Positions 27,322 to 36,034 of a DNA stretch of 64,000 nucleotides are shown here, piece after piece. This DNA comes from an uncultured Bacillota bacterium (GTDB lineage: Bacteria > Bacillota_I > Bacilli_A > RF39 > UBA660): NCBI GenBank assembly GCA_947165005.1, contig CAMUYN010000002.1, forward strand, positions 7,420-71,419. Direction: 5' to 3'. Position 1 is the stretch's first letter; each line of letters starts with the position of its first letter. Made by a program: the position numbers and the translations under genes. The notes beneath the pieces are model-generated. The model saw only the letters and a program-made list of their open reading frames with translations. It had not been told where the DNA came from and searched no databases.

Positions 27322-28140
27322 ATGGATGTAAAGAATAGATTAATTACTTACTATAAAAATAATGAATTTATTCAAAAATATGTTAGAGGAATGGATACAA
27401 GTACTAATGAAATAGTATTAGCGTATAATGGTCTAACTAAAAATATATCTATGGATGCTCTAGAAAATATAACAGATGAAACAGCAGTTATTAGTTTCCT
27501 TAACAATAATACATACCTTAGAGAAGAAATAAAAAAAGAACCTGAAATTAATATGGCAGAGCCAAAAATTATTTCAAATGAACTTGATAGAGAAACTTTA
27601 AATGATATAAAAATATTAACAGAAATAAAAAGTAGGGCAGGTTTAGATAATATGTTAAAAGAATTTGCCATTAATGAATCTACTGGCTTAATAGATGTAA
27701 ATAAAGCAATTGAAGTAGTAGAAAAAAATACTATCGATGAAGTAGTTAAATCCATTAAAGAACATTATGACTTTGATTTAGACTTACAAAAATATGATAT
27801 TACTGGTAAACACTTTGGAAATATATTAACTACTGATAGAAGTGATGATGAAAAAATTATGAGTAGTTTTAACAATATTAAAGTCTATTTAGATGCTGCA
27901 AATATGTATGTAGAACAAGTTCATTTTACTGAAGATGATATAAATAGAAAGATGAAAGAATATATTGATAAAGTAAAAGAAATATTACATCCCGCTAAAA
28001 ATATACCAAAGACTTCACCAGTAGTTATACAAGAAAAAGAAGTTAATCAAAGTGCAGGTTTTGCAGATATATTTGTATTATGTCTAATAGTTATTGTATA
28101 TGTAATTATCATAGCAAATTTAATATTAAAGTTAATATAA
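27322..28140 (+). CDS. tail-anchored hypothetical protein
   Basis: AAGGTGG SD before ATG 27322; soluble acidic region then C-terminal TM (FADIFVLCLIVIVYVIIIANLIL). Confidence 0.5.
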   Translation: MDVKNRLITYYKNNEFIQKYVRGMDTSTNEIVLAYNGLTKNISMDALENITDETAVISFLNNNTYLREEIKKEPEINMAEPKIISNELDRETLNDIKILTEIKSRAGLDNMLKEFAINESTGLIDVNKAIEVVEKNTIDEVVKSIKEHYDFDLDLQKYDITGKHFGNILTTDRSDDEKIMSSFNNIKVYLDAANMYVEQVHFTEDDINRKMKEYIDKVKEILHPAKNIPKTSPVVIQEKEVNQSAGFADIFVLCLIVIVYVIIIANLILKLI

Positions 28141-28166
28141 AGCATATTTAAAATATGCTTTTTTTG
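28140..28166 (+). terminator. Rho-independent terminator
   Basis: AAGCATATTT-A-AAATATGCTT hairpin plus T-run. Confidence 0.8.
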
Positions 28167-28194
28167 TTGTATAATTATAGTGGCAGGTGATTTT

Positions 28195-29388
28195 ATGAAA
28201 ATTTTAGCAGTAAATGCAGGTAGTTCATCATTAAAATTTCAATTAGTTTTAATGCCTGAAGAAGAAGTAACTATAAGTGGTTATATAGAAAAAATAGGGT
28301 TAAAAGATAGTTTTTGGAATACAAAAGTAAATGGTGAAAAAATTAAAGGTGAAAGATATATCAAAGATCATGGAGAAGCTGTTAAAGTTTTAATGGAAGA
28401 ACTATTAAAATATCATGCAGTTGAATCTTTAGATGAAATAGATGGTATAGCTAATAGAGTACTACATGGTGGGGAAAAATATAGTGATTCAGTTATAATT
28501 ACTGATGAAGTAATTGAAGATATAAAAGAATTAACTAAACTTGGACCTCTTCATCATCCTGGTAATTTAGCAGGTATCGAAGCATTTAGAGAAGCATTAC
28601 CAAATGTTAAACAAGTAGCTATATTTGATACTGCATTCCATCAAACTATACCAAAAGATAAGTTTATATATCCTGTTCCATATGAATGGTATAAAAACTA
28701 TGGTGTTAGAAAATATGGATTCCATGGAACAAGTCATAAATACATAACTACTGTTATGAAAGAAAAACTAAAGAAAGATAATGTTAATTTAATAATATGC
28801 CATATAGGTTCTGGAGCTAGTATTTCATGTATTAAAGATGGTAAGTGTTATGACACTACTATGGGAATAACTCCTCTAGATGGACTTATGATGGGTACTA
28901 GAAGTGGTTCTATTGATCCATCTATAATTGAATATGTATCTAAAGAATCAGGAATGACAGTTGAAGAAATAACTAATAAATTAAATAAAGAATCAGGATT
29001 ACTTGGTATATCTACTTATAGTGATAGAAGAGATGTACTTGAAGGTGCTATGTCTGGTGATGAAATGTGCAAATTAGCTTTAGAAATGTATGATGCTAGA
29101 ATAGCTAAATATATAGCAGAATATTTTATTACCCTAGAAGGTAAAGTTGATGGTATAATATTTACCGCAGGTGCTGGGGAAAATAGTGATCAATTAAGAG
29201 AGGATATCACTAATAGATTAAAACCTCTAGGAGTAGATATAGATAAAGAATTAAACTCTAAGATTGCTGGTTTTAAAGAAATACATGAAGGTAAGATAAG
29301 CACTAAGAATTCAAGTATAGATATATATGTTATACCTACTAATGAAGAATTAATGATGGTAAGAGATACATATAATTTAGTAAAATAG
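28195..29388 (+). CDS. ackA: acetate kinase
   Basis: MKILAVNAGSSSLKFQL N-terminus, GFHGTSH, IICHIGSGASI, TAGAGENS motifs. Confidence 0.93.
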   Translation: MKILAVNAGSSSLKFQLVLMPEEEVTISGYIEKIGLKDSFWNTKVNGEKIKGERYIKDHGEAVKVLMEELLKYHAVESLDEIDGIANRVLHGGEKYSDSVIITDEVIEDIKELTKLGPLHHPGNLAGIEAFREALPNVKQVAIFDTAFHQTIPKDKFIYPVPYEWYKNYGVRKYGFHGTSHKYITTVMKEKLKKDNVNLIICHIGSGASISCIKDGKCYDTTMGITPLDGLMMGTRSGSIDPSIIEYVSKESGMTVEEITNKLNKESGLLGISTYSDRRDVLEGAMSGDEMCKLALEMYDARIAKYIAEYFITLEGKVDGIIFTAGAGENSDQLREDITNRLKPLGVDIDKELNSKIAGFKEIHEGKISTKNSSIDIYVIPTNEELMMVRDTYNLVK

Positions 29389-29400
29389 AAAAGAGTAAAT

Positions 29401-30363
29401 ATGAAAAAAGTTTTTAATGAAATTTATGAAAAAATTAAAGAATATGACAAGATAGTAATAGCAAGACATATAGGAGCAGATATAGATGCTTTAGGAAGTA
29501 CACTAGGTTTAAAAGAAGTAATAACTAATACTTTTCCAAAGAAAAAAGTATCTGTAGTGGGAGCATATTCATCTGTATTTAAGTATATGGGTAAAATGGA
29601 TAAATTAGTAGAAAAAGAAATAAAAGATTCTCTATTAATTATTCTTGATACTCCAAATGCTATAAGAATAGATGGAATAGAAAATGTAAAAGATTTTAAA
29701 TATGTCATAAAAATAGATCATCATCCAGAAATGGAATGCTTTGAGGATTTAAAATGGGTAGATGAAACATCTTCTTCAGTATGTCAAATGTTAATAGAAT
29801 TAGTTAATAATACTGATTTAGAAATGGATAAAGAAGCTGCAGAAAAATTATTCATGGGAGTAGTAACAGACACTAATAGATTTATGTATGACTATACTAG
29901 TCCTAAAACATTTAAATTAATCGGGGATTTAATAGAAGATCAAAATCTAACTATTAGACCTTTATATGATACTTTATATAGAAGAAACTTAGTAGATGTA
30001 AGATTTAATGGTTATGTAGCAGAACATTTGAATGTAACTGAAAATGGTCTTGGATATATATTTATTGATGATGAAACAATTCAAAAGTTTGGTGGAGATA
30101 CTGCTTTAACTGGTAATATTATAGGTAACTTTAATAATATTAATGAAGTAATAGTATGGGTATTCTTTACTGAAGATAAAAAGAATAATCAAATAAAGGT
30201 TAATGCTAGAAGTAGAGGACCTATTATAAATACATCTTTAGAAAAATTTGGTGGAGGAGGTCATATATATGCTTCTGGTGCTAGATTAACTGATAAAGAT
30301 GATATAGGAAAAATAATAAAAGAATTAGATAAAGTATGTATAGAGTATAAAAAGAATAAGTAA
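29401..30363 (+). CDS. nrnA: DHH/DHHA1 phosphoesterase (NrnA-type oligoribonuclease / pAp phosphatase)
   Basis: ARHIGADIDALGS, IDHHP (DHH), GGGGHIYASGA (DHHA1) motifs. Confidence 0.8.
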   Translation: MKKVFNEIYEKIKEYDKIVIARHIGADIDALGSTLGLKEVITNTFPKKKVSVVGAYSSVFKYMGKMDKLVEKEIKDSLLIILDTPNAIRIDGIENVKDFKYVIKIDHHPEMECFEDLKWVDETSSSVCQMLIELVNNTDLEMDKEAAEKLFMGVVTDTNRFMYDYTSPKTFKLIGDLIEDQNLTIRPLYDTLYRRNLVDVRFNGYVAEHLNVTENGLGYIFIDDETIQKFGGDTALTGNIIGNFNNINEVIVWVFFTEDKKNNQIKVNARSRGPIINTSLEKFGGGGHIYASGARLTDKDDIGKIIKELDKVCIEYKKNK

Positions 30364-30424
30364 TTATTCTTTTTTTTTATTAAAAATTATTATATAATAT
30401 AAATAAAGAATAAGGAGGATTGTT

Positions 30425-32746
30425 ATGATAAGTAATAAAGAACTAAATCTATTAAATAGATACTTTAATGCTGCTAATTATTTAACAGTAGGACAATTAT
30501 ACTTACTTGATAATCCTTTACTTGAAAGAAAATTAGAATTAAGTGATATAAAAAAGAAAATAGTAGGACACTTTGGTACTACTGTAGGACAAAACTTTAT
30601 ATATGAGCACTTAAATAGAGTAATAGTTAAATATGATTTAGATATGATATATATATCAGGCCCTGGTCATGGTGGAAATGCTATGATTGCTAATACTTAT
30701 TTAGAAGGTACATATTCTGAAGTATATAAAGATATAACTGAGGATAAAGAAGGAATGAAAAAGTTATTTAAACAATTCTCATTCCCAGGAGGAGTATCTT
30801 CTCACTGTTCACCAGAAGTGCCTGGATCAATAAATGAAGGTGGAGAACTAGGATATAGCTTAGCTCATGCTTATGGTGCAGTACTTGATAATCCTGATTT
30901 AATAGCAGCATGTGTAGTAGGAGATGGTGAAGCAGAGACTGGCCCACTATCTACATCATGGCATATAAATAAAATAATAAATAAGAAAAAAGATGGAGTA
31001 GTATTACCAATACTACATTTAAATGGATATAAAATAAGTAATCCTACAATACTTGCTAGAATAAGTGATGAAGAATTAATTAACTTATTTAAAGGATATG
31101 GTTATGAACCAATAATAGTATCAGGAAGTTCATTAAATGTTATGCAACATAACATGGCTACTGCTATGGATAAAGTAGTTAGAATGATAAAAGATATTAA
31201 AAATGAAAATGATGATACTAGACCTATATATCCGATGATAATATTAAAGAGTCCAAAAGGGTGGACTGGTCCTAAAATAGTTAATGGTAAAAAGGTAGAA
31301 GATTCATTTAGATCACATCAAGTACCACTTTTAGTAGATGAAGCTCATCCAGAAAATATTATATCTTTAGAAAGCTGGTTAAGAAGTTATAATATAGAGG
31401 AATGCTTTGATAAAGATGGTAGATTACTTGAGGATATAAAAGAAATAATTCCAAAAGGTAATAAAAGAATGGGAAGTAATCCACATGCTAATGGTGGATT
31501 ATTACTAAAAGAATTAAATATACCTGATTTTAAAGAGTATATGTTAGATTTTAATACTCCTGGTAGTATAATGAAACAAGATACTGAAGAAGTAAGTAAA
31601 TATCTAAGAGATGTAATGACTAAGAATAATAACTTTAAATTATTTTGCCCTGATGAAGCTATGTCTAATAGATTATATAATCTATTTGATACACAAAATA
31701 GAAGATTTAATGGAACTATACTAGATACTGATGAATATCTAAGTAATGACGGAAATGTAATAGATTCATTCTTATCAGAACACGTATGTGAAGGTATGCT
31801 TGAAGGATATCTACTTTCTGGTAGACATGGTTTATTTGCTAGTTATGAAGCATTTATAAGAATAGTAGATTCAATGGTATCTCAACATTCAAAATGGATA
31901 AAGGTATGTAATGAATTAGAGTTTAGAAAACCTATATCATCACTTAATATATTATTAACATCACATGCATGGCAACAAGATCATAATGGATATACACACC
32001 AAGATCCTGGTTTCTTAAATCATATAACATCTAAAAAGAGTGAAATAGTAAGAATGTATTTACCGTGTGATACTAATACATTAATAAGTACTATGGATCA
32101 TTGTTTAAAAACAAAGAACTATATAAATACAATAGTAGCGTCTAAACATCCAAGATATCAATGGTTTAATAAAGAAGAAGCAATTAAACTATGTACTGAT
32201 GGGCTTATGATAGTACCATGGCTTAGTGAAGATAATCCTGATATAGTATTAGTATCTTCTGGAGAAACACCAACTCTAGAATTATTCGCAGCACATAATA
32301 TAATTAAAGAATTTTGCCCTAATTTAAGAATAAGAACTATTGTTGTAGTAGATTTATTCAAATTAGAATCAAGTACTAAATCTCCACATGGATTAACTGA
32401 TTTTGACTTTAATAGTATATTTACTATAGACAAACCAGTTATATTTAATTTCCATGGATACCCTAATTTAATACATCAATTAATATATAAGAGATATAAT
32501 AATAACTTCCATGTTCATGGATATAAAGAAGAAGGTACTATAACTACATCATTTGATCAAAGAGTAAGAAATGAAATAGATAGATATCATATAGCTATGG
32601 CTGCACTTAAGTATATAGATAATGAAAATAAAGATAATTTAATTAATTATTGTAATACTATGCTTAGTGAACATGATAAATATATCAAAGAATATGGTGT
32701 AGATTTGCCAGAAATAGAAAACTTTGTTTTAAAGGTAAATGAATAG
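30425..32746 (+). CDS. xfp: xylulose-5-phosphate/fructose-6-phosphate phosphoketolase
   Basis: Full-length about 773 aa; YFNAANYLTVGQLYLLDNPLL, GHFGT, EGGELGYSL, GDGEAETG (ThDP motif) signatures. Confidence 0.92.
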   Translation: MISNKELNLLNRYFNAANYLTVGQLYLLDNPLLERKLELSDIKKKIVGHFGTTVGQNFIYEHLNRVIVKYDLDMIYISGPGHGGNAMIANTYLEGTYSEVYKDITEDKEGMKKLFKQFSFPGGVSSHCSPEVPGSINEGGELGYSLAHAYGAVLDNPDLIAACVVGDGEAETGPLSTSWHINKIINKKKDGVVLPILHLNGYKISNPTILARISDEELINLFKGYGYEPIIVSGSSLNVMQHNMATAMDKVVRMIKDIKNENDDTRPIYPMIILKSPKGWTGPKIVNGKKVEDSFRSHQVPLLVDEAHPENIISLESWLRSYNIEECFDKDGRLLEDIKEIIPKGNKRMGSNPHANGGLLLKELNIPDFKEYMLDFNTPGSIMKQDTEEVSKYLRDVMTKNNNFKLFCPDEAMSNRLYNLFDTQNRRFNGTILDTDEYLSNDGNVIDSFLSEHVCEGMLEGYLLSGRHGLFASYEAFIRIVDSMVSQHSKWIKVCNELEFRKPISSLNILLTSHAWQQDHNGYTHQDPGFLNHITSKKSEIVRMYLPCDTNTLISTMDHCLKTKNYINTIVASKHPRYQWFNKEEAIKLCTDGLMIVPWLSEDNPDIVLVSSGETPTLELFAAHNIIKEFCPNLRIRTIVVVDLFKLESSTKSPHGLTDFDFNSIFTIDKPVIFNFHGYPNLIHQLIYKRYNNNFHVHGYKEEGTITTSFDQRVRNEIDRYHIAMAALKYIDNENKDNLINYCNTMLSEHDKYIKEYGVDLPEIENFVLKVNE

Positions 32747-32770
32747 AAAAAATAAGTTAACTTATTTTTT
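32747..32770 (+). terminator. Rho-independent terminator
   Basis: ATAAGTTAACTTAT palindrome followed by T8. Confidence 0.75.
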
Positions 32771-32803
32771 TTATATGATATAATTTTATTAGAGGTGTTT
32801 TAA

Positions 32804-33832
32804 ATGATAAGATTAGCAAAAAAAGAAGATATACCTGAATTAGCAAAGATATATAAAGACTTATATGATAATGTAGATATTGGTGAAGATTGGACAATTG
32901 AAAAAGCAACTGAATTATTAACATATTGGTATAATAAACAATCCGATTTGTTTTATGTTGCAATAGAAGATGATAAACCGGTTGGAGCAATAGTTTCGGG
33001 AATCAAATCTTGGTTTGATGGAAATAGATTAGTAGATACTGAAATATTTGTTTCTAATGATTATCAAGGAAGACATATAGCTAAGGATTTAACTATATAT
33101 CATTTAAGACAAGCAAAATTAAAATACAATGCTAATACTATGGAATTCCATACATATGGAGATGAAACAGAATTCCCACAAAACTGGTATAACCGAATTG
33201 GTTTTAAAAAAGATGATGAATTAATCATAATGAATGGTGATATAGAAGATGTTCTTAACCATTTAGGATGCTTTATCAATGACAAATTAGTATCAGAAGA
33301 GGAAACAGTAAAGGATTATAGTTATAGTGATTTAACAAATCTTTATGCTAACTTAAAAGTAGGTGATAAAGCTTATATATTTGATATGCTTCCTCCAATT
33401 GCTTACCAAGACAATGAAGCAGAAAGAGCCTATATTGAGAGTAGAATTACTGCGATGAAAAATGGTGCAGACTTATCTTTATTTATCGTAGCAACAAAAG
33501 AAAGATTAAGCGATTTTAAAGATAATGAATTATTTAAATACACATTAGATTCTTGCTATAATAATGGTAAGATATATGTATTAGATGCTGATGATATAAA
33601 AGAAAAATCACCATTAGAATTCTTCCAACTTGCAAATGGTTTATATTTTGGGGAATACTCTAATGGAGAAAAAGAAGCATTTAGAGATTTATGGAAGAAT
33701 GAGAACACTATGGGTATATTAATAAAGGATAGTCAAATACTTAATTATCTAGAAAATTCAGTAGAAACTATTGTTAAAAAGATAGAGGATAAAGAAATAA
33801 TGCCTATAAATGAAATAGTTCCTAATAAATAA
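32804..33832 (+). CDS. GNAT N-acetyltransferase domain fused to about 190-aa C-terminal domain of unknown function
   Basis: N-terminal 150 aa with acetyl-CoA motif YQGRHIAKDL and NRIGFKK; C-terminal half not recognised. Confidence 0.6.
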   Translation: MIRLAKKEDIPELAKIYKDLYDNVDIGEDWTIEKATELLTYWYNKQSDLFYVAIEDDKPVGAIVSGIKSWFDGNRLVDTEIFVSNDYQGRHIAKDLTIYHLRQAKLKYNANTMEFHTYGDETEFPQNWYNRIGFKKDDELIIMNGDIEDVLNHLGCFINDKLVSEEETVKDYSYSDLTNLYANLKVGDKAYIFDMLPPIAYQDNEAERAYIESRITAMKNGADLSLFIVATKERLSDFKDNELFKYTLDSCYNNGKIYVLDADDIKEKSPLEFFQLANGLYFGEYSNGEKEAFRDLWKNENTMGILIKDSQILNYLENSVETIVKKIEDKEIMPINEIVPNK

Positions 33833-33887
33833 AAAGAGTTATCAAACTCTTTTTTTGTGATATAATCTTTTGTGAGGAAGTGATTAC

Positions 33888-34556
33888 ATGGTTGCTTTAA
33901 TAACAGGAGCAGTTTCAGATATAGGTAAATCTGTAGCGTTAACTCTTAATAAAAATGGTTACGATTTAGTTCTTTTATATCATAATAAAGAAATAGATTA
34001 TTTAAATGAATTAAATAATTCTAGTGTATATAAATGTGATATAACTAATGAAGAAGAGGTAAAGAATACTATTAATACTGTGGATAAGATAGATGTATTA
34101 ATAAATATTGCTGCTATTTCTATGGATAGTGAAATAAAAGATAAAACTAAAGAAGAATTTATGAAAGTACTTGAAGTTAATTTAGTAGGTACATTCTTAG
34201 TAACTAAATATGCAGTTAATAAGATGAATAATGGTACTGTTATTAATTTATCTAGTTTAGATTCTACTAAAACATTTAATAGTTTAAGTGTGGATTATAT
34301 CGCATCTAAAGCGGGAGTTAATACATTAACTAAGACATTTAGTCTAGAATATCCTAATATAAGATTTATTACATTATTACTTCCTTGGATTAAAACTAGT
34401 TCAGTACTAGAAATGAATCCAGAATATTTAAGAGAAGAAATGAATAAATATAATCAAGATAGATTAATGGAAGTAGAGGAAGTATCCAATAAGATAATAG
34501 ATACTATTAATAGTGATACTCTTACTGGAAGTATAATTGAGGTGGATTATGATTGA
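33888..34556 (+). CDS. short-chain dehydrogenase/reductase (SDR)
   Basis: N-terminal ALITGAVSDIGK Rossmann motif, NIAA, catalytic YIASKAG (YxxxK). Confidence 0.75.
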   Translation: MVALITGAVSDIGKSVALTLNKNGYDLVLLYHNKEIDYLNELNNSSVYKCDITNEEEVKNTINTVDKIDVLINIAAISMDSEIKDKTKEEFMKVLEVNLVGTFLVTKYAVNKMNNGTVINLSSLDSTKTFNSLSVDYIASKAGVNTLTKTFSLEYPNIRFITLLLPWIKTSSVLEMNPEYLREEMNKYNQDRLMEVEEVSNKIIDTINSDTLTGSIIEVDYD

Positions 34557-35778
34557 TTTTGAAACAATTGTTAATAATGAAGAATATGAATTAAGAAATA
34601 TATACTCAAATATAGATGAAATATGTACTTATAATAGTAATAAAGTATTAAAAGCATTTAAAGAAAATAAAGTATCTGAAACAGATTTTAATTCTACTAC
34701 TGGATATGGATATAATGATAAAGGTAGAGAGACTATTGAGAATGTATTTAAGACTATTTTTAAGAGCGAAAGTGCTTTAGTTAGATCACAATTCATTTCT
34801 GGTTCTCATGCCCTTACAGTGGCTTTATTTGCACTTCTAAGACCTAATGATTTACTTCTTAGTATTAGTGGTCTTCCATATGATACTCTTCATGAAGTAA
34901 TAGGTATTAAAGATAATGATTCTTCTTTAAAAAGTTTTGGTATTAGATATGATCAAATAGATTTAAAAGACGATGATTTTGATTATGAAAGAATCGAAGA
35001 ATATTTAAAAAATAATAAAGTTAAAGTAATAGAGATTCAAAGAAGTAAAGGATACTCTACTAGAAAGAGTATATCATTAAGTAAAATAGAAAAAGTTATT
35101 GACTTAATTAAATCTATTGATAACGATATTATTGTAATGATAGATAACTGTTACTGTGAATTTGTTACTAAAAAAGAACCTATTGAAGTAGGTGCTGATT
35201 TAGTAGTAGGATCACTAATTAAAAACCTTGGAGGAGGTATATCTCCAAATGGGGCATATATAGTAGGTAGAAAAGATTTAATTGAACTATGCGGCGAAAG
35301 ACTTACATTACCTGGAGAAGGTATGGAAGTAGGACCTACACTTGGTATTAATAAATCTATTCTTCAAGGATTATTCTTAGCTCCTAGTGTAGTAGCAAGT
35401 TCATTAAAAGTAGCTATATTAACTAGTAAGGTAATGGAATCATTTGGATATGAAGTAGAACCTAAATATAATGAAGAAAGAGTAGATATAGTACAAAATA
35501 TTATATTTAAAGATAGAGATAAATTAATTAAATATGTACAAGGTATTCAAAAGAATTCTCCAATTGATTCACATGTACTTTGTGTACCTAGTCCTATGCC
35601 AGGATATTCTGATGATGTAATTATGGCTAGTGGATCATTTACTCAAGGGTCATCTATTGAACTATCTTGTGATGGTCCACTTAGAGAACCATATATAGCA
35701 TATCAACAAGGAAGTATGACTTATGAATATGGCAAACTTGCTTTAATAGGTACATTAATGGAGATAGAAAATGATTGA
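34549..35778 (+). CDS. ynbB: PLP-dependent YnbB / aluminium-resistance family protein (Met gamma-lyase-like)
   Basis: About 410 aa collinear with YnbB family (TGYGYNDKGRE, IQRSKGYS, KNLGGGI); 8-nt overlap with SDR gene. Confidence 0.72.
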   Translation: MIDFETIVNNEEYELRNIYSNIDEICTYNSNKVLKAFKENKVSETDFNSTTGYGYNDKGRETIENVFKTIFKSESALVRSQFISGSHALTVALFALLRPNDLLLSISGLPYDTLHEVIGIKDNDSSLKSFGIRYDQIDLKDDDFDYERIEEYLKNNKVKVIEIQRSKGYSTRKSISLSKIEKVIDLIKSIDNDIIVMIDNCYCEFVTKKEPIEVGADLVVGSLIKNLGGGISPNGAYIVGRKDLIELCGERLTLPGEGMEVGPTLGINKSILQGLFLAPSVVASSLKVAILTSKVMESFGYEVEPKYNEERVDIVQNIIFKDRDKLIKYVQGIQKNSPIDSHVLCVPSPMPGYSDDVIMASGSFTQGSSIELSCDGPLREPYIAYQQGSMTYEYGKLALIGTLMEIEND

Positions 35779-36013
35779 TGAAATAGTAAAAGAGACTCAT
35801 GAGAGCCTTAACTTAAATAAGATAAATGATAATCTATATTTAACTAATAAAGAAATAGAAGTATTAGATAGATATGATATTGATTATCATACTTCTATTG
35901 AGGAATTAATGTTTAATTTAGATGAAATATTAAATGAGAATGATTATGAAGATTTAGAAGAAGTTTCTAATAGTATAGCAGAGTTTAATTATTATCATAA
36001 TACAAAAAAATAA
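35771..36013 (+). CDS. small acidic hypothetical protein (80 aa)
   Basis: ATGA-type overlap with ynbB stop; acidic; no family recognised. Confidence 0.45.
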   Translation: MIDEIVKETHESLNLNKINDNLYLTNKEIEVLDRYDIDYHTSIEELMFNLDEILNENDYEDLEEVSNSIAEFNYYHNTKK

Positions 36014-36034
36014 GAGCTAAGCTCTTATTTTTCT
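36004..36034. terminator. bidirectional terminator
   Basis: A-run, ATAAGAGC-TAA-GCTCTTAT hairpin, T-run, between convergent genes. Confidence 0.75.
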
